Assembly: GCA_021790425.1 (NCBI GenBank)
Contig: JAJYEA010000001.1
Span: 67,015-131,014, forward strand
DNA from: Thermoplasmata archaeon
GTDB taxonomy: Archaea; Thermoplasmatota; Thermoplasmata; Lutacidiplasmatales; UBA184
Direction: 5' to 3'
Length of the DNA stretch: 64,000 nucleotides
Below the pieces are notes generated by a model. The model was not told the DNA's origin. It was given only the letters and a program-made list of their open reading frames with translations, and ran no database searches. This document shows, piece by piece, positions 47,355 through 56,953 of the stretch; within the stretch, counting starts at the first letter, position 1; every line of letters starts with the position of its first letter. The position numbers and the translations under genes are program-made.

Positions 47355-48539
47355 GTGGGGGAGTCCGGACCGAAGGGAAAGCCCGACGCCTACCGGTGGG
47401 TGGTCCTCTCCGCCTTCATGGGCCCGAGCATCGTCGCCCAGATGCTCTGGATCACCTTCGCAGCGCTACCCACCTGCTCCACGGCGGTGCTCTGCCCCAC
47501 CGGAGCCAACGAGACCTGGCTCACCGCGATCTACCCGTTCGTCTTCTTCGTCATCTCGATCCCGGTGGGCTACCTGGTCGACCTCCGGGGCTTCCGGAGC
47601 CCGGTCATCGTGGGAGCGGCGCTCCTCGCCGCCTCCGGGCTCCTGCGCCCCTTCGCTCCCACGTTCCCGCTCCTGCTCGCCGTGCAGGGAGTGGGGGCGG
47701 TCGGTCAGCCCTTCATCCTGAACAGCATCTCCAAGCTCGTCCGGGGGTGGTTCCCGGCGTCCGAGGTCGCCACCGCGACGGGAGTCGGGACCCTTTCCAT
47801 CTTCATCGGGATCGCCCTGGGACTGGGTCTCACCCCCGTGCTCGCCGAGGGGTGGGGCATCCCAGCGATGTTCGAACTGTACGGCGTGATCGCCCTCCTG
47901 GCCTTCCTCCTCTTCGCCGCGGTCGCGCGGGACCCGCCGGGGGCCCGGCCCCGCGAAGCGCCCCCAACGCTGCGCGCGATCGTGGGGATGCTCCGGGTGC
48001 GCAACATCGTCCTGCTCTCGGCCCTCTTCTTCGCGGGGATCGGGATCTTCAACTCGTTCGCCACGTACGTCGAGCCGATGCTGGAGGCGCGGTCGGTGCC
48101 CCTCGACCTCGCCGGGATCCTGGGCGGCGGGATGATCCTGGGAGGGATCGTCGGCGCCGTGGTGCTCAGCGTGGTCTCGGACCGTTACCACACGCTCCGT
48201 ACCCCCCTGCTGGCCGCGCTCGGGGTCTCCGCCATCCTGTGGGCGCTCCTGGGGATCGTGAGCGGGACGGTTCCGGAACTCCTGGTGCTCATCGCGGTAG
48301 GATTCTGCTTCATGGCGACACTCCCGCTCGGGCTCGAGCTCGCGGCCCGGAGCGTGCCCCCCTCCTCCGAGGGGGCCGCGAATGCCCTCGTGTGGGAGTT
48401 CTCCCAGATCGGAGGGACCGTCCTCATCTTCGTCTTTGAAGGGGTCGGCCAGGGGTTCGGCTGGACGCCCACGTTCTTCCTGGCCGCCGTGATGGTGGCG
48501 GTCATGTTGGTGCTCGGGCTCGCGACCGTCGACAAGTAG
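47355..48539 (+). CDS. MFS-family transporter
   Basis: 12 TM helices. Probable leaderless GTG start at 47355; alternative ATG at 47418. Confidence 0.75.
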   Translation: MGESGPKGKPDAYRWVVLSAFMGPSIVAQMLWITFAALPTCSTAVLCPTGANETWLTAIYPFVFFVISIPVGYLVDLRGFRSPVIVGAALLAASGLLRPFAPTFPLLLAVQGVGAVGQPFILNSISKLVRGWFPASEVATATGVGTLSIFIGIALGLGLTPVLAEGWGIPAMFELYGVIALLAFLLFAAVARDPPGARPREAPPTLRAIVGMLRVRNIVLLSALFFAGIGIFNSFATYVEPMLEARSVPLDLAGILGGGMILGGIVGAVVLSVVSDRYHTLRTPLLAALGVSAILWALLGIVSGTVPELLVLIAVGFCFMATLPLGLELAARSVPPSSEGAANALVWEFSQIGGTVLIFVFEGVGQGFGWTPTFFLAAVMVAVMLVLGLATVDK

Positions 48540-48609
48540 AGGCGGCTTTTGCCCGCCCGACCAGCTTCATATGGCTCGTTGGCATGAATAACTATGGAGT
48601 TGGCACGCC

Positions 48610-51558
48610 TTGTCTTGGCATGTACCGCTGCCGCGGGGGAAGAAGACTGAGTCGAACGTGTGGACCATCGGACTGGCCTTGGTGTTGCTCGCCTCACCCA
48701 TGGCCATCCTCGCCCATGCCCAACCTGCCCCGTCCTCCTCTCAGGCAAGAGGGGTGACGGCTGCCGGTTCGGCCGGGCGGGTCTCTGCGGCTCCGAACGG
48801 CGCTTCCCCGCGGGCCCCCGCGGCCACCCTGAGCGGCATCGATGTCTCGGGCTACCAGGGCGCGAGCATCAACTGGGCCTCGGTCAAGTCGGCCGGGAAC
48901 AGCTTCGCCTTCGCCCGCGCGGTCGAGTACTACGGTGTCTCGGACACGGATTTCGCCACGAACATGGCGAACGGCAAGGCGGCCGGAGTCTACATGGGCG
49001 CCTACGACTTCGTCTACCCGTCCAGCGAGTCGTCGACCTCCGACGCCGACTATTTCAACAGCATCATCAAGCCCTATGTCGCGTCGGGATACATGTACCC
49101 CGCGCTCGACCTAGAAAAGGACTGCTCCGCCTCCGGGGGAACGATGAGCGCATCCCAGATCACCACATGGGTGAACGGCTGGGGAACGGAGCTCGAGGCC
49201 GACCTCGCGACGGACGGCTTCCCGGGCGTCCACCCGATCGTCTACATGAACTCGAACTACGCCAACAACTGCATCGTGGCCTCCTCGTGGGGGGGCTGGA
49301 GCCTGTGGATCGCCGAGTACTACAACACGTGCGCCACCTCCCCGGCACCGAACACCGGGGTGTTCAGCACCTACGCTTTCTGGCAATGGTGCAGCACGGG
49401 AAGCTCCGGCGGGATCAGCCCCGTTGACCAGGACGTGTTCAACGGGGGCCTCTCCCAGCTCCAGGGCGGGTATCTCTTCGGCCTCTCCGTCTCCTACGCG
49501 ATGAAGGACCTGACGACCAATACGGTCCTCTACTGCGGTGGGTCTTTCCTGACCGGGGACAATATCCAGTTCACGGGCTCCGCCACCGGAGGGAGCGGCA
49601 CGTACACCTACGCCTGGAAGTTCGGGGACGGGTCGACGGGATCGGGGAACCCCGCCACCCACGTCTATTCGGCCACCGGGACGGTCGACCCCATGCTGAC
49701 CGTGACGGATTCGAACGGTGCGTCGGCGACCACCGGGAGCGGATGTTCGTTCACCGTGAACGCAGGGCTGTCGGTCTCCACCCCGCTTTCTGCCTCGCCG
49801 AACCCCGTCGTGATCTACAACTCCACCACCTTCACGGTCACCGCGTCGGGGGGAACCAGCCCCTATTCGTACTCCTATTCGGGACTCCCGGGTGGGTGCA
49901 TCTCGGGCAGCACCAACAGCCTGGGATGCACCCCTTCGGTCGCGGGCGCCTTTCCCGTGAAAGTCACTGTCACCGACGCCGCCGGACGTACTGCGACCTC
50001 CTCCACCACGCTCACCGTGACCGCGCCCGCACTGGTGGCGGGACCCCTGACGGCCACCCCTGCGACCATCGTGCTCAACGGCACCACGAACCTCTCGATC
50101 ACCGTCTCCGGAGGGGTTCCGCCGTATTCGTATGCCTACTCGGGTCTCCCTTCGGGATGTGCCTCCTCGAACGTCTCGCTCCTGGCGTGCACCCCGACCC
50201 AGACGGGAACGTTCACGGTATCCGTGACGGTGAGCGACCGGGCGGCGCAGACCCAGCAGGCGAACACCACGTTGACCGTGGTGGCCTCCGCGCTCATCGT
50301 TGGACCGCTCGTGGCCAGTCCGCCCACCGTGGCCGCCAACACCACCACGAACTTGTCGGTCCTGGCCTCCGGAGGGGTTCCTCCCTACACGTACGTCTAC
50401 GCCGGCCTGCCCCCCGGGTGCCTCTCGTCCAATGCCTCGTCCGTCCCCTGCCAGCCCACGGTACCCGGCACGTTCAATGTCTCGGTGACCGTGAGCGACC
50501 GGAGCGGGCAGACGCAGACCGCGAACACCACGGTGATCGTCACCCCCGATGCGCTCGCGATCACCTCGTTCGCGGCAACGCCTTCCCGGATCCTCCTCGG
50601 CAACAACACCACCCTCGCGGGCGCTACCTCGGGAGGGATCGGGCCTTACACGTATGTCTACGGAGGGCTCCCGAACGGATGCTCCTCGGTCAACGCGACC
50701 CTTCTGCTCTGCACACCGGTGGCGTTCGGATCGTTCAATGTCACCTGGACGGTGACGGATGGGCAAGGGGCGTCCCAAGAGGCCTGGACGATCCTGACGG
50801 TGACGGAGGGGGTGGTCGTCACGGGATTCAGTATCCAGCCGTCCCCCCTCGCCTATGGGAACGTCACCCAGCTCCGGGTAACGGTCCAGAACGGGACGCC
50901 GCCCTATGCGTACGCCTACAGGGGACTGCCCACCGGATGTACCTCCAAGGACGCCTCCAACTTCAGCTGCACGCCTTTGGAGCTCGGCACCTTCAACGTG
51001 ACCGTCGTGGTCCAGGACGCGAACCATCTCGAGGGGGTGGGCACCGCTCGGCTGGTCGTCGTCGGGGCGCTCGTGCTCACGGGCTTTGTGGCGTCGCCCG
51101 CGGTCGTGACCCTCGGGAACAGCTCCACCCTCACCGTGACGGTCGCGGGAGGGGCTCCGCCGTACTCCTACACCTACTCGGGCCTGCCGGAGGGATGCGC
51201 GACCGAGAGCACCGGCACGCTACCCTGCAAGCCCACGGTCACGGGGAACTTCTCGATCATCGTCTCCGTGGCGGACACCTCGGGATCCGACGCGCACCGT
51301 TCCCTGGTGCTCCAGGTCGTCTCGCCGCCCCCCCCGACCCACACGACCTCCCCTACGAGCGGGCTCCCGGGGGGCCTCCCGATCGCCACCCTTGCCCTCC
51401 TCGGGGTTCTCGTTGCAACGCTCGTGGTGGGAGCGATACTCATCGTGCACCGTCGCCGGAAGAGGTCCGAGGCCCCCCCGCCCGCTTGGACCCCGGCGGA
51501 GGCACCGGCGGGGGTGGAGGGCGCCCCGATGACCGGCAGCGATTTCCCTCCCCCGTAG
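48610..51558 (+). CDS. membrane-anchored surface protein: signal peptide, GH25 muramidase (lysozyme) domain, PKD domain, 6 x ~90-aa two-Cys Ig-like repeats, C-terminal TM
   Basis: GH25 consensus GIDVSGYQGASINWASVKSAGNSFAFARAVEYYGVSDTDFATNMANGKAAGVYMGAYDFVYP. PKD signature YAWKFGDGSTGSG..THVY. Repeats of the form ..SGG.PPYSY.YSGLP.GC.S.N.S...CTP...G.F.V.VTV.D. C-terminal helix LLGVLVATLVVGAILIV plus HRRRKR. TTG start with a signal-peptide-like N-terminus; alternative GTG at 48658. Confidence 0.8.
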   Translation: MSWHVPLPRGKKTESNVWTIGLALVLLASPMAILAHAQPAPSSSQARGVTAAGSAGRVSAAPNGASPRAPAATLSGIDVSGYQGASINWASVKSAGNSFAFARAVEYYGVSDTDFATNMANGKAAGVYMGAYDFVYPSSESSTSDADYFNSIIKPYVASGYMYPALDLEKDCSASGGTMSASQITTWVNGWGTELEADLATDGFPGVHPIVYMNSNYANNCIVASSWGGWSLWIAEYYNTCATSPAPNTGVFSTYAFWQWCSTGSSGGISPVDQDVFNGGLSQLQGGYLFGLSVSYAMKDLTTNTVLYCGGSFLTGDNIQFTGSATGGSGTYTYAWKFGDGSTGSGNPATHVYSATGTVDPMLTVTDSNGASATTGSGCSFTVNAGLSVSTPLSASPNPVVIYNSTTFTVTASGGTSPYSYSYSGLPGGCISGSTNSLGCTPSVAGAFPVKVTVTDAAGRTATSSTTLTVTAPALVAGPLTATPATIVLNGTTNLSITVSGGVPPYSYAYSGLPSGCASSNVSLLACTPTQTGTFTVSVTVSDRAAQTQQANTTLTVVASALIVGPLVASPPTVAANTTTNLSVLASGGVPPYTYVYAGLPPGCLSSNASSVPCQPTVPGTFNVSVTVSDRSGQTQTANTTVIVTPDALAITSFAATPSRILLGNNTTLAGATSGGIGPYTYVYGGLPNGCSSVNATLLLCTPVAFGSFNVTWTVTDGQGASQEAWTILTVTEGVVVTGFSIQPSPLAYGNVTQLRVTVQNGTPPYAYAYRGLPTGCTSKDASNFSCTPLELGTFNVTVVVQDANHLEGVGTARLVVVGALVLTGFVASPAVVTLGNSSTLTVTVAGGAPPYSYTYSGLPEGCATESTGTLPCKPTVTGNFSIIVSVADTSGSDAHRSLVLQVVSPPPPTHTTSPTSGLPGGLPIATLALLGVLVATLVVGAILIVHRRRKRSEAPPPAWTPAEAPAGVEGAPMTGSDFPPP

Positions 51559-51710
51559 CCCCGAGGCGGGAAGGCACAAGGGTCCCCCGGGTCGATTGCG
51601 GTCTCGACCGTCCGTCGAAGGGTCCCCGCGGAGGTAACCCGGAGTGAGCGCTGAGGGGGTGTCCGGTACCCCCTGTTCGCCAAAGGACATCTTCCGATGG
51701 GACGCCCGGC

Positions 51711-54700
51711 GTGTCCGGCGGTGGTTGCCGAGGCATAGCACGGATATCTTCATTACCCCGACGGGCTCTTGCCTCGCTCGTGCGCTGGACCCGACCCACG
51801 CTGGCGTTGGTGCTCACGGCGATCTTGGTGGCAGGGTTCCTGGCCATCCCGGGAGCTCCCGGTGACATGGAGCACGGGGCGGCCCAGCTCTCGGCCGGGC
51901 TCCTTACGATGCTCCCAGCGTTCGAGTCCATCTACCCGGGCGCCCGAGACCTCGGAGCGGTTGCCCCGTCCACCCCGATGACGGTCGGCCTGGCCCTCTC
52001 TCCCAACGACCCCCGCGCGCTCGACGCGTACGTGTATGCCGAGTACACCCCCGGGTCCCCCGCCTACGGTCACGAGCTCAACCCGCAGAAGTTCCAGACG
52101 TACTTCTCCCCCTCCGCAGCGGACTACCGCGCGGTGCAGAGCTACTACGCGGCCTACGGGCTCTCGACGATCACGACCCCCGACCGGCTGATGATCGGCC
52201 TCACCGGGACGGCGGGTCACATTTCGAATGCCTTCCACACGAGCTTCCACCGCTTCCAGTTGACCGACGGGGCCGACGTCTACGGGGCCTCCCAATCGGT
52301 GGTGGTTCCGGCAGGGCTGTCGATCGACGGGGTCACCGGGATGACGAACGCCTGGGGTCCCCGACCGACCGATATCAACCCCGGGCAGGTCGAGGCCGCC
52401 GCGGCGGGCTGGGCCCACAGCGAGAAGACGGCCACGCCGGGAACATGGACATGCACCTCCGGCACGCAAGGGTGTGACGAGCCCGGCTACTACGGCGAGT
52501 ATCCCCTCTTCAACGCAGGGGATACCGGCCAGGGTGTCAACGTGGGGATCGTCGACGCCTACGACAGTGCCGAGACCCAGTCCCAGCTCCTGAGCTCCGA
52601 GCAGAGCTTCGCGAGCGGGGCAGGGCTGCCCGCGCCGCACGAGAACTTCTGGTACCCGATCCCGGGTGCGGGCAACCTGAACACCTCCGCGAGCAGCGGA
52701 TGGGCAGGGGAGACCGACCTCGACCAGCACATGGCCTTCATGGACGCTCCCGGGGCCAACATCGATGTCACGTTCGCTTCCGACAGCTCCTTCGCGGTCT
52801 ACGAGGCCGTGGACTTCCTGGTGGCCCACAACCTGACCCAGACCATCTCGATGTCGTGGGGCGAGTCCGATGTGGGGAACATGCAGGCGCCTCCCCAGGG
52901 TCCGTGCATGCCCTACTACAGCTGCAACGCGTCGTATGACGGCTCCTACGCCTTCCTTCACCCCGTGTTCGCGGAGGCCGTGGCCGAGGGGATCACCCCC
53001 TTCGCGGCCGCCGGGGACTGTGGCGCGGCGGACGGCACTTACACGGTCGCGACGGACTACCCTTCGAGCGACCCCTTCGTGGTGGGCGTGGGAGGCACCC
53101 AGCTGAACGGCAGCGGCTCCACCTATGCGGGGGAGACGGGATGGAGCGGCAACGGCACGGGATGCACCGCGAACACCGGGGGCGGGGGCGGAGGCTACGC
53201 GCCCTGGGCCCAGCCCTGGTGGCAGCACGGCCCGGGCCAGCTCACCCACCACCTCCGGGGAGTACCGGACGTCAGCGCGGACTCGGCGGACGGGACCAGC
53301 CAGGCGTCCCCGATGTGGGCCGGCTGGGTCGCCGTGGCCGACCAGATCCACGGAGGGGGGCTCGGGCTCATCGGCCCCTCGATGTACAACATCCTGAGCA
53401 ACGCCACGGAATACGCGGCCGACTTCCACGACATCAAGACCGGGAACAACGGGTACGCCGCGGGCACCGGTTGGGACCCCATCACGGGGATCGGGACCCC
53501 CGTCACTGGCGCGCTCTTGCCGGCGCTGGGCCGCTACCTGCCGCCCGTCCACGGGTCCTTGAACGTCTCCCTCGCGGCCACGCCGACCTCGGGCTCCGCG
53601 CCCCTGTCCGTCACGTTCACCGCCTCTGCGAGCGGAGGCACCCCTCCCTACTGGTACGACTTCGTGCCCGGGCTGTACCTGGGCCAAGTCTCGAACACCC
53701 CGTCCATCACCTACCCGTACGCCTCGGCCGGACCGTACTACGCGACGGTCGTCGCGTGGGATGCCGCGGGCAACTCCTCCATCTCCAACCCGGTCCTCGT
53801 CCACGTCGGCGACTCCGCGTTGACGGCGACGCTCGCGGCCTCCGCGACCCACGTTCTGGTCGGGCAGACCGTCACCTTCACGGGAGGGGCGAGCGGCGGG
53901 ACGGCACCGTACCAGTTCACGTACTTCTACGGGGACGGCACCTACGGATACAACCGGAGCACGAGCGCGACGCACGCCTACCTCTCTCCGGGCACCTACT
54001 GCGCCTACGCCTTCGTGACGGATGGGGCGGCCACGCAGAACGGCGGTGTCACGAACCCGGTCTGCGTCACGGCGAGCTATTCCTCAGGGTCGGGTCCCAC
54101 GATCTCCTCCTTCACGGCCTCCCCTTCCACCATCACCGTCGGCGGCACGACCTACCTCAACGTCTCCGCCTCCGGCGGGACGGGACCCCTCGCCTACGCC
54201 TACTCCGGCCTTCCCGCCCCCTGCGCGAGCTCCAACTCCAGCGCCATCACGTGCACCCCTTCCGCCGTGGGCGGTCCCTACTCCATCACGGTGACCGTCA
54301 GCGACAGTGCCTCTCCCCGTCACACCACCAGCGCCACGACCTCCTTCACGGTCACCTCGACCGGAGGCACGGGACCGACCATCTCCACCTTCACCGCGAG
54401 CCCCTCCTCCATCCCCGCGGGGGGCACGACCTACCTCAACGTCACCGCCTCGGGAGGCGTCGGCCCGCTGACCTACGCCTACTCCGGCCTTCCCACTCCC
54501 TGCGCGAGCTCCAACTCGAGCTCGATCACCTGCGCCCCCGCTTCCTCGGGAGGGCCGTACACCATCACCGCGACGGTCTCCGACTCGGCCCCGTCTCCCC
54601 ACTCCACCTCTGCCACCACCTCCTTCACCGTCACCCCGAGTGGAGGGACGGGACCGACCATCTCCTCCTTCACCGCGAGCCCGGCCTCTATCCCCGCGGG

Positions 54701-55958
54701 GGGCACCACCTACCTCAACGTCACCGCCTCGGGAGGCGTCGGACCCCTGAGCTACGCTTACTCCGGGCTCCCCGCTCCCTGCGCGAGCTCCAACTCCAGT
54801 TCGATCACCTGCGCCCCCACCTCCTCGGGCGGTCCGTACACCATCACCGTGACGGTCAAGGATTCGGCCTCGACTCCCCGCTCCACCTCTGCCACCACCT
54901 CCTTCACCGTCACCCCGAGCGGAGGGACGGGACCGACCATCTCCTCCTTCACCGCGAGCCCCTCCTCCATCCCCGCGGGAGGGACGACCTACCTCAACGT
55001 CACCGCCTCGGGAGGCGTCGGGCCCCTGAGCTACTCGTACTCCGGACTTCCCGCCCCCTGCACCAGCACCAATGCGAGCAGGATCACGTGCGCCCCCACC
55101 TCCTCGGGCGGTCCGTACACCATCACCGCGACGGTCAAGGATTCGGCGTCCTCGCCCCACACGACCGCCGCCACCGCCACGTTCACGGTCACCCCGGCCC
55201 CGCTCGCGATCAGCAGCCTCACCGCATCCCCCGCATCGATCCCCTCGGGAGGAACCACGTTCCTGAACGTGACCGCCACGGGGGGGTACCCCGCCTACAC
55301 CTACCTGTACAACGGCCTGCCTTCGGACTGCGCTTCCGCGAACGCGTCCACCCTGACGTGCTCCAGCATCCTGGCCGGCACCTATGATGTCACGGTCAAG
55401 GTCACCGACACCGCATCGAACTCGGCGACCCGGTCGGCCCCCTTCACCGTGCAACCGTCGGTGGCGAGCAAGCCGGTCGTGAGCCAGTTCTACGCTTCGC
55501 CCAGCCCGCTTGCCCTCGGAGGACAAACCACCTTCTACGTGTCCGCCACCGGAGGGGCTCCGCCCTACACCTACAGCTATGTGGGACTTCCCACGGGATG
55601 CTCCAGCTCGAACTCGGGATCCCTCTCGTGCACCCCGACCGGCACGGGGACGTTCAACGTCACCGTCACCGTGACGGACACCCGAGGTCAATCGGCCCTG
55701 GCGAACACCTCGGTCGTCGTCACGGCGGCACCGAGCTCGGGACCGGGGTCGACCGGGATCCTGTCGGGTTGGTCGCTCTGGATCCTGCTCGCGGTCGTCG
55801 TGGTCGCGGTGGTCATCGCCGCCGTCCTCGTTTCACGCCGACGCAAGGGACCCGGGAACGCCACCCCTCCCGGGTATCTGCCCCCGGGAGCGACCTCCGC
55901 GAGCCCGCCCTGGCAGGCGCCTCCGGGGGCTCCTCCGCCAGCCCCCTGGCAGGAGTAG
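51711..55958 (+). CDS. membrane-anchored surface protease: pro-kumamolisin-like propeptide, sedolisin (S53) domain, PKD domain, 6 x ~93-aa two-Cys Ig-like repeats, C-terminal TM
   Basis: GWAGETDLDQHMAF and GTSQASPMWAG S53 motifs. PKD signature YFYGDGTYGYN..THAY. Repeats of the form GPTISSFTASP..GGTTYLNVTASGGVGPLSYAYSGLPAPCASSNSS.ITCAP. C-terminal helix LWILLAVVVVAVVIAAVLV plus SRRRK. GTG at 51711; alternative GTG at 51777 (MRWTRPTLALVLTAILVAGFLAI), with an AT-rich box ~30 nt upstream. Confidence 0.8.
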   Translation: MSGGGCRGIARISSLPRRALASLVRWTRPTLALVLTAILVAGFLAIPGAPGDMEHGAAQLSAGLLTMLPAFESIYPGARDLGAVAPSTPMTVGLALSPNDPRALDAYVYAEYTPGSPAYGHELNPQKFQTYFSPSAADYRAVQSYYAAYGLSTITTPDRLMIGLTGTAGHISNAFHTSFHRFQLTDGADVYGASQSVVVPAGLSIDGVTGMTNAWGPRPTDINPGQVEAAAAGWAHSEKTATPGTWTCTSGTQGCDEPGYYGEYPLFNAGDTGQGVNVGIVDAYDSAETQSQLLSSEQSFASGAGLPAPHENFWYPIPGAGNLNTSASSGWAGETDLDQHMAFMDAPGANIDVTFASDSSFAVYEAVDFLVAHNLTQTISMSWGESDVGNMQAPPQGPCMPYYSCNASYDGSYAFLHPVFAEAVAEGITPFAAAGDCGAADGTYTVATDYPSSDPFVVGVGGTQLNGSGSTYAGETGWSGNGTGCTANTGGGGGGYAPWAQPWWQHGPGQLTHHLRGVPDVSADSADGTSQASPMWAGWVAVADQIHGGGLGLIGPSMYNILSNATEYAADFHDIKTGNNGYAAGTGWDPITGIGTPVTGALLPALGRYLPPVHGSLNVSLAATPTSGSAPLSVTFTASASGGTPPYWYDFVPGLYLGQVSNTPSITYPYASAGPYYATVVAWDAAGNSSISNPVLVHVGDSALTATLAASATHVLVGQTVTFTGGASGGTAPYQFTYFYGDGTYGYNRSTSATHAYLSPGTYCAYAFVTDGAATQNGGVTNPVCVTASYSSGSGPTISSFTASPSTITVGGTTYLNVSASGGTGPLAYAYSGLPAPCASSNSSAITCTPSAVGGPYSITVTVSDSASPRHTTSATTSFTVTSTGGTGPTISTFTASPSSIPAGGTTYLNVTASGGVGPLTYAYSGLPTPCASSNSSSITCAPASSGGPYTITATVSDSAPSPHSTSATTSFTVTPSGGTGPTISSFTASPASIPAGGTTYLNVTASGGVGPLSYAYSGLPAPCASSNSSSITCAPTSSGGPYTITVTVKDSASTPRSTSATTSFTVTPSGGTGPTISSFTASPSSIPAGGTTYLNVTASGGVGPLSYSYSGLPAPCTSTNASRITCAPTSSGGPYTITATVKDSASSPHTTAATATFTVTPAPLAISSLTASPASIPSGGTTFLNVTATGGYPAYTYLYNGLPSDCASANASTLTCSSILAGTYDVTVKVTDTASNSATRSAPFTVQPSVASKPVVSQFYASPSPLALGGQTTFYVSATGGAPPYTYSYVGLPTGCSSSNSGSLSCTPTGTGTFNVTVTVTDTRGQSALANTSVVVTAAPSSGPGSTGILSGWSLWILLAVVVVAVVIAAVLVSRRRKGPGNATPPGYLPPGATSASPPWQAPPGAPPPAPWQE
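54080..55200. repeat. tandem 279-bp near-identical coding repeats (4 copies) in the second S53 gene
   Basis: gggacgggaccgaccatctcc(t/a)ccttcaccgcgagccc recurs at ~54377, ~54656 and ~54935. Confidence 0.75.
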
Positions 55959-56030
55959 CCCGCGCATGGGGCACGGCGCTTCGGGGGAGCTCCGGGCGGC
56001 CCGATAACAGCCTTCCGACACTATAAAACA

Positions 56031-56040
56031 ACCAATCTAT
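56031..56040 (+). promoter_or_regulatory. TATA box (ctataaaaca) upstream of the por operon
   Basis: TATAAAA read directly, ~55 nt before ATG 56091. Confidence 0.4.
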
Positions 56041-56090
56041 TTCCGTTCGAGACTAGACTTATGTAGGCTACGCCGTGTCTTTGACCCCGT

Positions 56091-56684
56091 ATGAGCGCCA
56101 GACCGGTAGCCCTACCGGGGGGCCATGGACTCTACGAAGTACGATTCCACGGACGCGGAGGGCAGGGGACGGTCATCGCGTCCACGCTCCTGGCGGAAGC
56201 TGCCTTCCTCGAAGGCCGGGACGTGCAGGCCTTCCCCTTCTTCGGTGTCGAGCGCCGGGGAGCGCCCGTGCTGGCGCACACCCGGATCGGGGAGGGACAG
56301 ATCCGGCTGGCCACCTCGGTCCGCTATCCGGACGCGATCATCGTGATGGACCCCACGCTCGTGCGGCCGGGCAGCCCGATCTTCGCGAGCCTTCGCGCGG
56401 GTGGGGACGTCCTGGTCAACACCGTGCGGCCCCCTCGGGAGCTTCAACTGGCCGTGGACGGCCACCTGGCCTCCGTGGACGCCGTGAGCGTCGCGATCCG
56501 TCACGGGCTGGGGTCGCGGGCGAACCCGATCGTGAACACGGTCATCCTGGGAGCCTTTGCGAAGCTCACCCACGTGGTGGAACTCTCCTCGCTCGAGGAG
56601 GCCATCCGGCAGAAGGTGCCCTCCCACACCGATGCGAACATCGCGGCCGCGCGTGAGGCCTACGGGCTCGTGGAGGCCGCATGA
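56091..56684 (+). CDS. porG: pyruvate/2-ketoisovalerate:ferredoxin oxidoreductase gamma subunit
   Basis: YEVRFHGRGGQGTVIAS...FPFFGVERRGAPV. Confidence 0.9.
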   Translation: MSARPVALPGGHGLYEVRFHGRGGQGTVIASTLLAEAAFLEGRDVQAFPFFGVERRGAPVLAHTRIGEGQIRLATSVRYPDAIIVMDPTLVRPGSPIFASLRAGGDVLVNTVRPPRELQLAVDGHLASVDAVSVAIRHGLGSRANPIVNTVILGAFAKLTHVVELSSLEEAIRQKVPSHTDANIAAAREAYGLVEAA

Positions 56685-56953
56685 CGACCCTCGCCGGGCG
56701 CGATCTCATCGGGCCCATGGCGTGGATGTCCAGCGAGCCGGGTTCCACGGCCGCCTCGTGGCGGACCCAGCGCCCGCAGCTTGACACGGCCAAGTGCACG
56801 GGATGCATGGTCTGCTGGAAGTTCTGCCCGGACACGGCGATCGCCCCGGAAGGGAAGAAGGTCGCGTTCGACTTCAACCTCTGCAAGGGATGCGGCGTCT
56901 GTGCCCAGGTCTGCGCACCGAAGGCCATCGACATGCTCCCGGAGGGCCTCTGA
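56681..56953 (+). CDS. porD: pyruvate:ferredoxin oxidoreductase delta subunit (2 x [4Fe-4S] ferredoxin)
   Basis: CTGCMVCWKFCP and CKGCGVCAQVCAP. Start overlaps the porG stop (ATGA). Confidence 0.9.
   Translation: MTTLAGRDLIGPMAWMSSEPGSTAASWRTQRPQLDTAKCTGCMVCWKFCPDTAIAPEGKKVAFDFNLCKGCGVCAQVCAPKAIDMLPEGL

Noticed and set aside
51753-55691. ORFs 51753-53975 (-), 54084-55691 (-) and 53141-55387 (+, 748 aa)
   Set aside because: Antisense or frame-shifted readings of the second S53 gene. The plus-frame one is an H/R/L-rich alternative frame of the repeats, while the in-frame 1415-aa product has coherent S53/PKD/repeat/TM architecture.
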